NCBI RefSeq assembly: GCF_018350175.1
Contig: NC_058368.1
Coordinates: 19,036,001 to 19,100,000, forward strand
DNA length: 64,000 bases
Source of the DNA: Felis catus
Taxonomy: Eukaryota
Direction of reading: 5' to 3'
Positions 48,904 through 60,925 of this stretch are shown piece after piece. The first letter of the stretch is position 1; each line of letters opens with the position of its first letter. Both the position numbers and the translations under genes were made by a program. The notes beneath the pieces are model-generated. The model was not told the DNA's origin, made no database searches, and saw only the letters and a program-made list of their open reading frames with translations.

Positions 48904-50613
48904 TAGTATACAAAAGATCCAGTCCCACAACTTCTCCCAAACAATGGGAGACCTGCTGGAACTCTCTCCGGGTCAGAGAAGCTGGTAAGCGACACAGTTT
49001 CTGCTTCCCCTCCACCTTGATACTGGGAATAGTAGCAGTGTACGGGTGCCCTAGATGGCCTGCCACCTCAACGAGCCCCAGGCCACTGATCCACTCCAGC
49101 CCCAGCTGTCCCACCAAGGCAGCCCCAGTGTTACATGCGCCGGGACACCCCTGGTTAGCGCTCACTACAACTCTGGCTGTTGTACCAAGGTGATACAGAT
49201 GCGAAGCACCGCAGAACACAGGCTTGCCCCATTTCAGCTCCAGGCAGCTTGTTAAAGCTCTGTTAATGCAGCGCACTCGGGGACCTCCCAATTCATACCT
49301 GCTTTAGCTCCAGCCACCCTGCCAGAGCACCCCTCCATGGGGGCACCCCTGGATGCCGACTTGCACCCACTTCAGTTTCAACTGTCCTCCCAGGACACCC
49401 TCTGCACGGAGAGCCCCAGGACTGCCCTGGCGTGCACATCCAGTTCAGCTACAGCTGTCCTGGGAAGTAGGGCATCTCCTGGGAAGAGTACCACTGGCCT
49501 GCATGCCACCTTAACTCAGCCACTCCAGTCCCCTACATGGAGTGTCCTGGGACCCCCAGCTTGTGCCTCAGCTCCAGGACCTAGAGTGAAGGGCACCTTC
49601 TACACGGACAGCCCCAGGATCCCTCCGGTCGCACCTATGGCTGCACCAATGGCTCCAGCCATTCTGCCAAGGACCCTGTGCGTGGAGAGCCCAGAGACTC
49701 CCTGGATCACACTCACTTCAGCCTCGCCGTTCTGTCGGGATGCCCTGTGTGCAGGGAGCCCAGGGTCCGCCCTGGCCAAGGCCTATTGTAGCTCTGGCCA
49801 TGCTGCCAGGACAGTCCAGCATGGAGTGTTCTGGGACCCACAGCCCAGGCCCTTCACAGCTCCAGTCAGCCAAGGTCACCAGGCACACACAGTCTATGCA
49901 GGGAACGACCATACACAAGACCATCCCTTCAAAATTTAGAAGAAGTAGCTGTGCTGCCTAATTCATGGGAACAAATGCAGAAAGTCAAGTAAAATGAGGA
50001 GACAGAGGAGCATCCTGTAAACAAAAGGGTAAGACAAAGCCTTGGGAAAAGAACTAAATGAGACAGATATAAGCAATATGCCTGATAAAGAGTTTAAAGT
50101 CATAATCATAAAGATGCTTATTGTACTGGAGAGAAGAGACAAAGAACTCCTTGATAACTTCAACAAAGAGAAAGAAAACAAAAAAGCCCAAACTAGAGTT
50201 GAAAACACAATAACTGAAATGAAAAATTCACTAGTGGGAATCACCAGATTAGCAGACGCAGAAGAACAAATCAGTGACCTGGGAGACATGGTAATGGAAA
50301 ACACACAGGCTGAACGCAATTAGGAAAATTTTTAAAAAATGAGTAGGTTACGGGATCCTCCGGATGACATCGAGAAAACAAACATTCACATTTTGGGGTC
50401 CCAGAAAGAGAAAAGAAAGGAGCAGAAAACTTATTTGAAGAAATAATAGCTGAAAACCTCCTTAATCTGAGGAAGGAACCAGACATCTAGGTCCAGGAAG
50501 CAGAGAGAGTTCCAAACAAGATGCACCCAAGGAGGTCCACATCACAGCACATAATAATTAAAATTATTAATTTGAATGTTGAATGTTGAATGTTAAAGAT
50601 ACAGAGAATTTTA

Positions 50614-50785
50614 GGGGTGCCTGGGTGGCTTCAGTTGGCTGAGCTCCTGACTTTGGCTCAGGTCATGATCTTCTGGTTCGTGAGTTTGAACCCTGAGTCA
50701 GGGTCTCTGCTGTCAGCGTGGAGCCCACTTTGGATTCTCTGTCCCTTTCTCTCTGCCCCTCCCCTGCTCATGTGCGCTCTCTCTC

Positions 50786-50819
<34 letters not shown>

Positions 50820-50837
50820 AAAAATAAACTTAAAAAA
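50614..50837 (+). mobile_element. Can-SINE in L1 ORF1
   Basis: ggggtgcctgggtggc head; aatttta flanks. Confidence 0.88.
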
Positions 50838-51354
50838 GATAATTTTAAAAGTAGCAAGTAAGAAGCAAAAAATTATGTACAAGGGAAACCCCATAAGACT
50901 ATCAGCTGATTTTTTGGCAGAAATTTTGCAGCCCAGAAGGGAATGACATGATATTTTCAAAGAGCTGAGAGGGAAAAAAACCTACAACGAAGAATATTCT
51001 ACCCAGCAAGGTTATCATTCAGAACTGAATGAGAAATAGAGGGTTTCTCAGGTAAGCCAAAGTTAAAGGAGTTCATCACCACTAAACTGGCCTTATAAGA
51101 AATATTAAAGGGACTTAACTGGAAGAGAAAAAGGCAATAATTAGAATTAAGAATATTATGAATAAAAAGTTGTAAATATGATAACATATACATAAAACAT
51201 GGAGGAGTAAAAAAGTTATTTCAGAATGTGTTTGAACTTAAGTGGCCATCAGCTCAATACAGACTGTTACACCCTTGGGATGTTATACGTGAACCTCGTG
51301 GTAACTACAACCCCAAACCTATAGATACACAAAAAATAAACAGAAAGAAAGCTA

Positions 51355-51580
51355 GGGGCACCTGGGTGGCTCAGTCAGTTAAGTGTCCGACCTGGGCTCA
51401 GGTCATGATCTCATAGCTCATGGCTTCGAGTCCTGTGTCAGGCTCTGTGCTGACAGCTCGGGGCCTGAAGCTTGCTTCGGATTCTGTGTCTCCCTCTCTC
51501 TCTGCCCCTCCCTCCCACAAGTACTCTGTCTCTCTCTCTCTCTCTCAAAAAAGTAAACATTAAAAAAAAATTTTTTTAAA
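51355..51580 (+). mobile_element. Can-SINE in the L1 inter-ORF region
   Basis: SINE head, body and tail. Confidence 0.9.
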
Positions 51581-52292
51581 AGAGAAAGTTAAGCATAACA
51601 CTAAAAAGTTATAATCACAGGAAAGAGAAAAAGGGAAGAATAAAGGAACAGAGAAATACTATAAAAACAACTTAAAAATTTTAAAAATAGTAATAAGTAC
51701 ATGCCTATCAATAATTACTGTAAATATAAATGACCTAAATGCTCCAATCATAAGTCATAGGGTGACAGAATGGAAAAACCAGACACATCTATATGCTTCC
51801 TACAAGGGACTCGGTTCAGACCTAAAGTCATATACAGACTGGCAGTCAAAAGATGGAAAAAGATATTCGGTGCAAATGGAAACAAACAAAAAGCTGGGGT
51901 AGCAGTACTCATACCAGACAAAACAGACATTAAAATAAACACTGTAATAAGACACAGAAAAAGGGCATTACATAATGATAAATGGGTCAATCCAACAAGA
52001 GGGTATAACAATTGTAAATATCCACACACCCAACGTTGGAGCACTTAAATAGATAAATATTAACAGACATAAAGGGATAAACTGATAATTATACTTTAAT
52101 AGGAGACTGTAACACCTACATTGATGGAGTGATTAACCAAGCAGAAAATGCATACAAAAACAGTATCTTCGAATGACATTGTTAGACCAAATGGACTTAA
52201 CAGATATATAAACCATTCCGTCCAAGATCAACAGAATACACATTCTTTTCAAATACACATGAAAAACCCTCCAGAAAAGATACCATATTAGA

Positions 52293-52293
<1 letters not shown>

Positions 52294-52340
<47 letters not shown>

Positions 52341-52346
52341 ACACAC
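52294..52346. repeat. (CA)n microsatellite inside L1 ORF2
   Basis: About 22 units. Confidence 0.95.
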
Positions 52347-52630
52347 ACCCTTACTAAATTTAAGAAGACTGAAATTACATCATGCATCTTTTGGACTACA
52401 TCAGTATGAAACTAGAAGCCAGTCACAAGAAATAAAGTGGAAAAACACAAACATATGGAGGCAAAATAACATGGTACTAAACATCCAATGGGTCAATGAA
52501 GAAATCAGAGGAGAAATAAAATGCATGGAAACAAATAACAATGAAAACACAACAGTCCCAAGTCTTTGGGATGTAGCAAAAGCAGTTCTAAGAGACAAGT
52601 CCTATAGCAATACAAACAAACCTCCAGAAA

Positions 52631-52750
52631 TAAGGAAAGTCTAAAACAAACAACCCAACCTTGTGCCTAAAAGAGTTAGAAAAAGAACAATAAGGAAAAT
52701 CTAAAACAAACAACCCAACCTTGTGCCTAAAAGGGTTAGAAAAAGAACAA
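52631..52750 (+). repeat. 60-bp tandem duplication in L1 ORF2
   Basis: 52631-52690 vs 52691-52750, two mismatches. Confidence 0.93.
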
Positions 52751-55468
52751 GCCCAAAGCTAGTAGAAGGAAGGACATAATAAAGATTTGAGCAAAAATAA
52801 ACAAAATAGACACTAAAAAAGAAATAGAAAAGATCAATGAAATGGAGAGCTGGTTCCCTAAAAAGATAAAAAAAAATTGACAAAACTTTAGCTAGACTTT
52901 TCAAGAAAGAAAGAGATAGGACCCAAATGAATAAAGTCAGAAACAAAAGAGTAGTTAAGAACTGATACCACAGAGATAAAAAGGATTGTAAGAGTATTAC
53001 AAAAAAATTATATGTCAACAAATAATCTAGAAGAGGTGAAAAAAATTCATAGAATCATACCATCTTCTAAAACTGAATGAGGAAGAAAAAGAAAATCTAA
53101 ACAGACCAATTATAAGTAACTAAATTGAATTGGTAATAAAAAAAAAACTACCAACAAACTAAAGTCTAGAACCAGAGGGATTCACAGGTAAATTCCACTA
53201 ATCATTTACAGAAGCATTAATATCTATTTTCCTCAACCTATTCCAAAAAATAGCAGAGGAAGGAAACTTTCCAAATATATACTACAAGGTTGGCATTACC
53301 CTGATACCAAAACCAAACAAAAAAAAAGAAGAAAAGGAAAAGAAAACAAAACTACAGGCCAATATTCCTGATGAATATAGTTGCAGAGACCCTCAACAAA
53401 ATATTAGCAAACTATATTCAACAACACATTAAAAGGATCATTCACCACAATCAAGTGGGATTTATTCTGGGGATGCGAAGATGGTTCAATATCTGCAAAT
53501 TAGTCAACATGATACACCACATCAACAAAACGAAGAATAAAAATCAAGATCATCTCAATAGATGGAGAAAAAGCATTTGACAAAATTTAATATTCATTCA
53601 TAATAAAAACTCTCAACAAAGTGGGTTGAGAGGAAACATGCACAAACATAATAAAGGCCACATATGAACAACCCACAGCTAACCTTCTGCTCAATGGTAA
53701 AAAACTGAGAGTTTTTCCTCTATCAGGAACAAGACAAGGATGTCCACTTTTGCCACTTTTATTCAACACAGTACTGGAAGCCCTAGGTACAGCAATCAGG
53801 CAGAACAGAAATAAAAGGCATCCAAATTGGTAAGGAAGAAGTAAAACTGTCATTATTTGCAAATGACACGATACTATATACAGAAAATCCTACAGATCCC
53901 ATCAAAAACTATTAGAACCGATAAATGAATTCCCTAAGGTTGCAGGATACACAATTAATACACAGAAATTGGTTGTTCTTATATACCCTAGTAACAAAGT
54001 AGCAAAAAGAGTAATTAAGAAAACAACTTTATTTACAATTGCATCAAAAATCATTTAAAAAGCCCTGGGAATAGACTTAACCCTTAAGGAGGCGAAAGAT
54101 CTGCACTCTGAAAACTATAAAATGTTGATGAAAGAAATTGAAGACACCACAAACAAATGGAAAGATATTCTATACTCATAGATTGGAAGAATTAATATTG
54201 TTAAAATGCCCGTAGTACCCAAAGCAGTCTACAGATTTAATGCAATCCCTATCAAAATACCAACAACGTTTTTCACAGAACTGGAACAAATAATCCTAAA
54301 ATTTGTATGGAACCACAGAAGACCTTGAATAGCTAAAGCAATCTTGAGAAAGAAGAAAGCTGGAGGTATCACAATTCCAGATTTCAGGATATACTATAAA
54401 GCTGTACTAATTAAGACAGTGTGGTACTGGCACGAAAATAGACACATAAACCAATAGAACAGAAAAAAAGAACCCAGAAATAAACCCATGCTCACCGGGT
54501 CAGTTAATTAATGACAAATGAGGCAAAAATATATGATGGGGAAAAGAGAGTCTAGTCTCTTCAACAAATGCTGTTGGGAAAACTGCACAGCTACCTGCAA
54601 AAGAATGAAACTGGACCACTTTCTTACACCATACACAAAACTAAACTCAAAATGGATTAAAGACCGAAATGTGAGGCCTGAAACCATAAAACTCCTGGAA
54701 GAAAATGTAGGCAGTAAACCCTCTGACATTGGCCTTAGCAACATTTTTCTACATATGTCTCCTAGGCAAGGGAAACAAAAGCAATCACTAAATACTACTC
54801 CTGAAACCAATACTACATTATATGTTAACTAACTTGAATTTAAATAAAGTCTTAGAAGTCAAAAAAGCAACCCTAAAACCAAAAAACAAACACAATTATT
54901 GGAGTTAAACCAAAATGAAGAGAATTTCCATAGTGAAGGAAATCATCAACAAATTGAAAAGCCAACCTACTGAATGGGAGAAGATATTTGCAAATGATAT
55001 ATCTGATAAGGGGTTAATACCCAAAATATATAAAGAACCTATACAACTCAACAACAACAACAACAACAACCACAATCTGATTAAACAATGGGTAGAGAAC
55101 CTGAATAGATATTTTTCCAAAAAGACCTACAGATGGCCAATAGACACATGAAAAGATGTTCAACATCATTCATCATCAGGGAAATGCAAATCAAAATCAC
55201 AGTGACATATCACCTTATACCTGTCAGGGTGGCTAGAATCAAAAAGAGAAAAAATAAAAAGTGTTGGTAAGAATGTGGAAAAAAAGGAATCCTTAGGCAC
55301 TGTTGGTGAGAATGTAAGTTGGTGCAGCCACTGTGAAAAACAGAATGGAGATTCCTCAAAAAATTAAAAATAGAATTACCATATGACCCAATAATTCTAC
55401 TTCTGGGTATTTCCTCAAAGAACACAAAAACACTAATTTGAAAATATATCTGCACCCCTATATTTATT

Positions 55469-55996
55469 TATTTTTCACTTATTTATTTAAATTCAAGTCA
55501 GTTAACATACCATGCAGTATTGGTTTCAGGAGTAGAACCCAGTGATTCATCACTTGCATGTAACACCCAGGGCTAATTCCAACAAGTGCCCTCCTTAATG
55601 CCCATCACCCATTTAGCCCATCCTTCCACCCATTTCCCCCCTGCAGCAACCCTCAGTTTGTTCTCTGTACTTGAGAGTCTCTTATGGTTTGCCTCCTTCT
55701 CTGTTTTTATCTTATTTTTTCCTTCCCTTCCCCTATGTTTATCTGTTTTGTTGATCAAATTCCACATATGAGTGAAATCATAGGAGATTTGTCTTTCCCT
55801 GACTTATTTCACTTAGCATAATACAGTCTAGTTCCAACCATGTTACTGCAAATAGCAAGATTTCATTCTTTTTGATCACTGAGTAATATTCTATTATATA
55901 TATATGCCACATCTTCTTAATCCATTTATCAGTCTATGGATATTTGGGCTCTTTCCATAATTTGGTTATTGTTGATAGCACTGCTATAAACATTGA
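55469..55996 (-). mobile_element. L1 3' end nested antisense in the full-length L1
   Basis: TSD tgcacccctatatttatt (55451-55468) / tgcacccctatgtatatt (55997-56014). Confidence 0.9.
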
Positions 55997-56105
55997 TGCA
56001 CCCCTATGTATATTGCAGCATTATTTACGATAGCCAAGATATGGAAGCAGCTCAAGTATCCACCCATAATAAATGGATTCAGAGGTGGTATAAACATACA
56101 ATGGA

Positions 56106-56346
56106 GGGGCGCCTGGGTGGCGCAGTCGGTTAAGTGTCCGACTTCAGCCAGGTCACGATCTCGCGGTCCGTGAGTTCGAGCCCCGTGTCAGGCTCTGGGC
56201 TGATGGCTCGGAGCCTGGAGCCTGTTTCCGATTCTGTGTCTCCCTCTCTCTCTGCCCCTCCCCCGTTCATGCTCTGTCTCTCTCTGTCCCAAAAAATAAA
56301 TAAACGTTGAAAAAAAAATTAAAAAAAAAACACAAAAAAACAAAAA
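56106..56346 (+). mobile_element. Very young feline Can-SINE
   Basis: Perfect TSD aaacatacaatgga (56092-56105, 56347-56360). Confidence 0.95.
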
Positions 56347-57089
56347 AAACATACAATGGAATATTATCTGGTCATAAAAGGAAGATCTGGCCATTTGCAA
56401 CAATATGGTTGGACTTAGAGTGTATCATGCTTAGTGAAATAAGTCATGCAGAGAAAGACAAATTCCACATAATTTCACTTATGCGTGGAATCTAAAAAAC
56501 AAAACATAAATGGATGAATGTAAAGCAGAAACAGACTCAAATACAGAGAACAAAATGATGGTTCCCAGAAAAGAGGGGGTAAAGGGATAGCAAAGGTATC
56601 CTGTAGGAGGTACAGGTTGCCACTTATGAAATGAACAAGTCACAGGATAAAGGGTACAGCATAGGGAATATAGCCAACAGTATTGTAATAGCATTGTATT
56701 TTGACAGATGGTAGCTGCCTCCACTTGTGATAAACAAAGCATAATGTATACACTTGCCAAAATCAGTATGTTGTGTACCTGAAGCTAATGTAACATTGTG
56801 TGTCAACTATACTTCAATAAAAGAAAAAAAAATGTAACTAAAAGAATGTCTTCTTCAAGATATTCAAGTCAAAATAGCCTTTTGCCAGTTTGATACGGTG
56901 CCTCACTTGATATAATTAATATCTCAAAGAAAGATGTACCTTGTAGCATCCATTAACCCACTTTGAAAGAGCTAGAGAAGCTTAGACATTCACCTCTATA
57001 AATAAAAACATGCTGATTGCATATTTACTAGAAAAAGACTACAGAAAGAAAAGTCTGCTGTTAAAAGTTGACAAGTGTAGGTCTGAGGG

Positions 57090-57354
57090 ATAATAATAAT
57101 GGCCAATATTATTGAGCTGTTGCCACCTCCTGTCTGGTAATTTCCACATTTCATTTAATCTCCACAATAGGACTAGGAGGTCTGTATTTCAGCATCACAT
57201 TTTAGAAATATTAGAAAACAAAGGCAGGGAGATTTTAAGTAATTCATGCAATGCCACACAATTATTTAATGGCATAGTTGAGATGTGAACCCAGATATTT
57301 TATTTCAAAGCCTGTGCTTTTAATCATTATATATTTATATAGTGTTTGTTTATT

Positions 57355-57389
<35 letters not shown>

Positions 57390-57673
57390 ATACAAGTGGG
57401 GGAGAGGCAGAGAGAGAGAGAGAGACACAGAATCTGAAGCAGGCTCCAGGCTCTGAGCTGTCAGCACAGAGCCTGACTCAGGCTCAGGCTCATGAATCGC
57501 GAGATACTGACCTGAGCCCAAGTCAGACGCTTAACCAATTGAGCCACCCAGGCACCCTTACTTATTTATTTTTAATTTACATGGCAGTTAGTTAGCATAT
57601 AGTGCAATCTTTTCAGGAGTAGAATCCAGTGATTTATCCCCCATATATAACACCCAGTGTTCATCCCAACAAG
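57090..57673 (-). mobile_element. MIR remnant (~57090-57320), Can-SINE (57343-57557) and short L1 tail (~57560-57673)
   Basis: tcatttaatctccacaa MIR core; SINE body; ttagttagcatatagtgca...acacccagtgttcatcccaacaag. Confidence 0.75.
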
Positions 57674-60431
57674 AGAATCATTATGTTTTGATAATTGGAA
57701 CTTTTCAACCTTTTTTTTTCCCCCCTCAGTCTTTCAAACAGGAAAAAAAATCTAATTGAAAAGACTAAACATTGGTGAAAGATGTCTGTAAAAGACAGCT
57801 AAGGAATCTGTGAAAATTCTCAGTTAAATTCCCGTGCGCTTACATTCTAGAAAACTTAAAATTCCTGAATGAATAAATTTACACAAGAGATTGCTCACCA
57901 TCACTGGATATTCTTCACGGTGAAGAACATGAGAAGTGCTGTCACTTAGAGCTGACTTCATTTCCTACTTTGAAAATCAGGAGGTGGTACATTTCCCAAA
58001 CCGTAAGCCATTAGCTTTGGTGTTAATTCAGGCAAAAATACTAAGGCAGATATACTTAAAAGGATTGGTTGTATACACATAGATGAAGAAAAGCCATGGT
58101 TACTCAGGCCAAATATGACTTTTCTAAGTTCTGGTAGATTTCATTTATTTCTTTGATAGTCCCATGATACACTTCATACTTTCTTGTATTCTCAGGGTAC
58201 TCCTTGTATGGCATCTGCTCAAATGCCATTTTATTGGTGAGACTTCTTGATCATCTATTTATATGTCAAATTAGCAACCTCTTCCCCACTTCATATTCTT
58301 CTTATCCTCTTATTTGTTTCTATTACACAAATCGCCATTTAATACTATTTTCTTTGTAAACAATAGACTGTGGTCTCCATGGGAGCAGTGTACGTGTATG
58401 CTTCATACACTTCCACATACCCTGCACTTCATAGTATCTGGTGTTAAATGCATAAATGAATGACTATCTGGTCTTTCAATTTATCATGACATCCAGTCCC
58501 ATGACCACTCCCTCATCCACCTAGATGCATGGTAGACAATTTCACTATTGGGTTTGTCAACACTGAAAAATCACTGCCTTTCTTGTTTCTGGGTTCTGTA
58601 CCCACACTCTGTAAAAGTCTAACCCTGGCTTGGTTCGGGCACCTACTTCCCCTGTTCCTACACCAGAAATGTAGAGACACCAGAGTACAGAGAACCGCTG
58701 GAGAAAAATCATACAACTTTTCACACTGGTAATATAAAGGAACAGTTTAACACTCAAGCTGGACCCTCAATGCAGCCAAGACATTTCTATTTGTTGCCAG
58801 TCAGTTCCTTTTCCCGGTTCCCTCAGAATCCAGTTGAAAATTTCAATACAACATTGGGCTCAATCCCACCGCCCTGGAATCATGACCCAGGCTGAAATCA
58901 TGAGTCAGACATTCAACTAACTGAGCCACCCAGGTGCTCCAACACTAGGGAATTTAAAATAAGTAATTTTTAAATAATCCAGATGTTTAAAAATCACTTC
59001 TAGATAATCTCTGTGTTTAAAAATCAGATGATTTTCAGGAGAATGATTTTTAGGAGAATTAGTAGAATCATGAATTTTAAAAAACTAAAAAACAACAAAA
59101 GTAGTCACTATAAAACAACTGAAAGTCAGCTAAAGCAGTATTAACAAAAAAAACCCATAAACTTTAAATAAGTCATACTGCTAAAAAATTAAAATTTAAT
59201 TAGCTAAGTTTTCAATTCAAGAGAGTAGTAAAAGAAAATGAATCTACTAAAGTCAAAAAGTGAAATAAGCATTAAAGAATAACTTAATGAAACAGAAAAC
59301 AAAATAGTTTTTTTCCTCAAAAAATGAATACACAAGTCTCTTATAAAACTGATTTTTAGAAAAGGAGAGGAGGCATAAATATTAGAAATAAAAGGGCAAA
59401 GTACTGTACAGTAGAAATTGAAAAACATTGTAAGAATAACTTTAAGTCAATCATTTTCAAGACAGTATCAGTTTAAAAAACTGACTCATGGGGCGCCTGG
59501 GTGGCTCAGTTGGTTAAGCGTCTGACTTTGGCTCAGGTCATGATCTCATGGTCTGTGAGTTTGAGCCCTGCATCGGGCTCTTTGCTGATGGCTCAGAGCC
59601 TGGAGCCTGCTTCGGATTCTGTGTGTGTGTCTCTCTCTCTGACCCTCCCCCATTCATGCTTTATCTCTCTCTGTCTCAAAAATAAATAAACATTAAAAAA
59701 ATTTTTTTAAACTGACTCAAAAAGGGAAAATCTGAATAAAACAATAACACTGTGTTGAAAATATTTATAGTTTTTCTTACTACCTCCCTCCAAGAGGACA
59801 AGATGAGATTGCTACCAAATCTATAAGGAAGAAATAATTCCTGTCTTTTATAAAATCTTTTAGATCATAGTAGAGAAGAGAAAAAATTTTAGCTTATTTA
59901 CTAACACCAGTATAACAAATGCCAATACTACAAAAATACCATAGAAGATAATTTTATACCAATGTCACTGAGGAATATAGACGTTAAAACTTAAAGTATT
60001 TGTCAAGTGAATCCAGCAATAGAAAAAAATATATAACAATACCAAGTGCCATTTATCTCAGAAATGCAAGAATCCTCACTTCTTAAAAATTTTGTAGGGT
60101 TTATTTATTTTTGAGAGAGAGAGAGCAAGAGTGAGTGGGAGAAGGGCAGAGAGTGCGGGAGGGAGACACAGAATCTGAGACAGATCATGACCTGACGCTC
60201 AACTGACTGAGCCACCCAGACACCCCGAGAATCCTCTTACATCAGACACCTATATTAATGTAATTTATCATACTTACAGATTAAGGGAGACATACCTTGC
60301 AATCATCTCAATGAACATAGAGAAGACCATTTACTAAAATTCAGCATATATTCATAATTTTAAGAGCTAAGAAAAACTAGGAAACTTCTTTAGCTTGATG
60401 AAGGGAATCTACCAAAATACCTTCCCAGGTA

Positions 60432-60925
60432 TAGGGAACCCACATTTTACACAAGTTTGCATGATGCCACATAGCTTTTATGAAAAATCTACATTAGTAC
60501 CTATTTTGCTACCCAAAAAAAATCCAAAAAGGATTTTCACTTTTATTAAAAAAAAAAAAAGGGAAAAAGCAAGAATACTGTTCCACTTTTGTTTTGCAGG
60601 GACTATTTACAGAGGCAGCACACACTCTGAGCAGTGAGAGTGACATTGCCCAGGTCCTTCCCTGGGAACTACACTTGGCATCAAGCCACCAGAGCTTTGA
60701 ACTGTGTCTGTGAGCATCTGTGCTTTATCGTGATTTATTTTGTGCCTCCATTATCAAGATGTGCCCTAAGGTACCAGAAAAGTCTAAGACAGGTTATTTT
60801 TTCAGGTCTTGGGATGCTGCAAAAATTTTCCATATAAATTAATGGCAATTGCTTCTTTGTTTTACACCATTTTTGGCTTACAAAAGTTCATGGAAATGTT
60901 CTACTATCGGATAGCAGGAAATCTG
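60432..60925. mobile_element. Probable Tigger/TcMar-type non-autonomous DNA transposon inserted in the old L1
   Basis: Non-L1 block bounded by ta|tagggaacc...ggaaatctg|ta; L1 sequence resumes on both sides; family not determined. Confidence 0.45.

Larger units (their letters stand above)
47483..56831 (+). mobile_element. Full-length decayed carnivore LINE-1 (5' UTR, ORF1 ~49993-51120, ORF2 ~51690-56450, 3' UTR, A-tail) with nested insertions
   Basis: ORF1 remnants KELNETDISNMPDKEFKV and YKGNPIRLSADF; ORF2 remnants ICFLQGTRFRPK and [17 protein letters not shown] atgtagctaaaaga (47469-47482) / atgtaactaaaaga (56832-56845). Confidence 0.92.

Noticed and set aside
48043..48988. 275-aa and 273-aa Leu/Ser/Pro ORFs
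   Set aside because: Artefacts of the CT-rich minisatellite.
49337..49939. 200-aa ORF in a GC-rich region
   Set aside because: Lies in the L1 5' UTR repeat array; no recognisable domain.
56850..58840. Possible upstream TPTE2 exons in this unique island
   Set aside because: No reading frame resembling the VSP catalytic or voltage-sensor exons found by eye; splice-like sites enclose stops or unrelated peptides.
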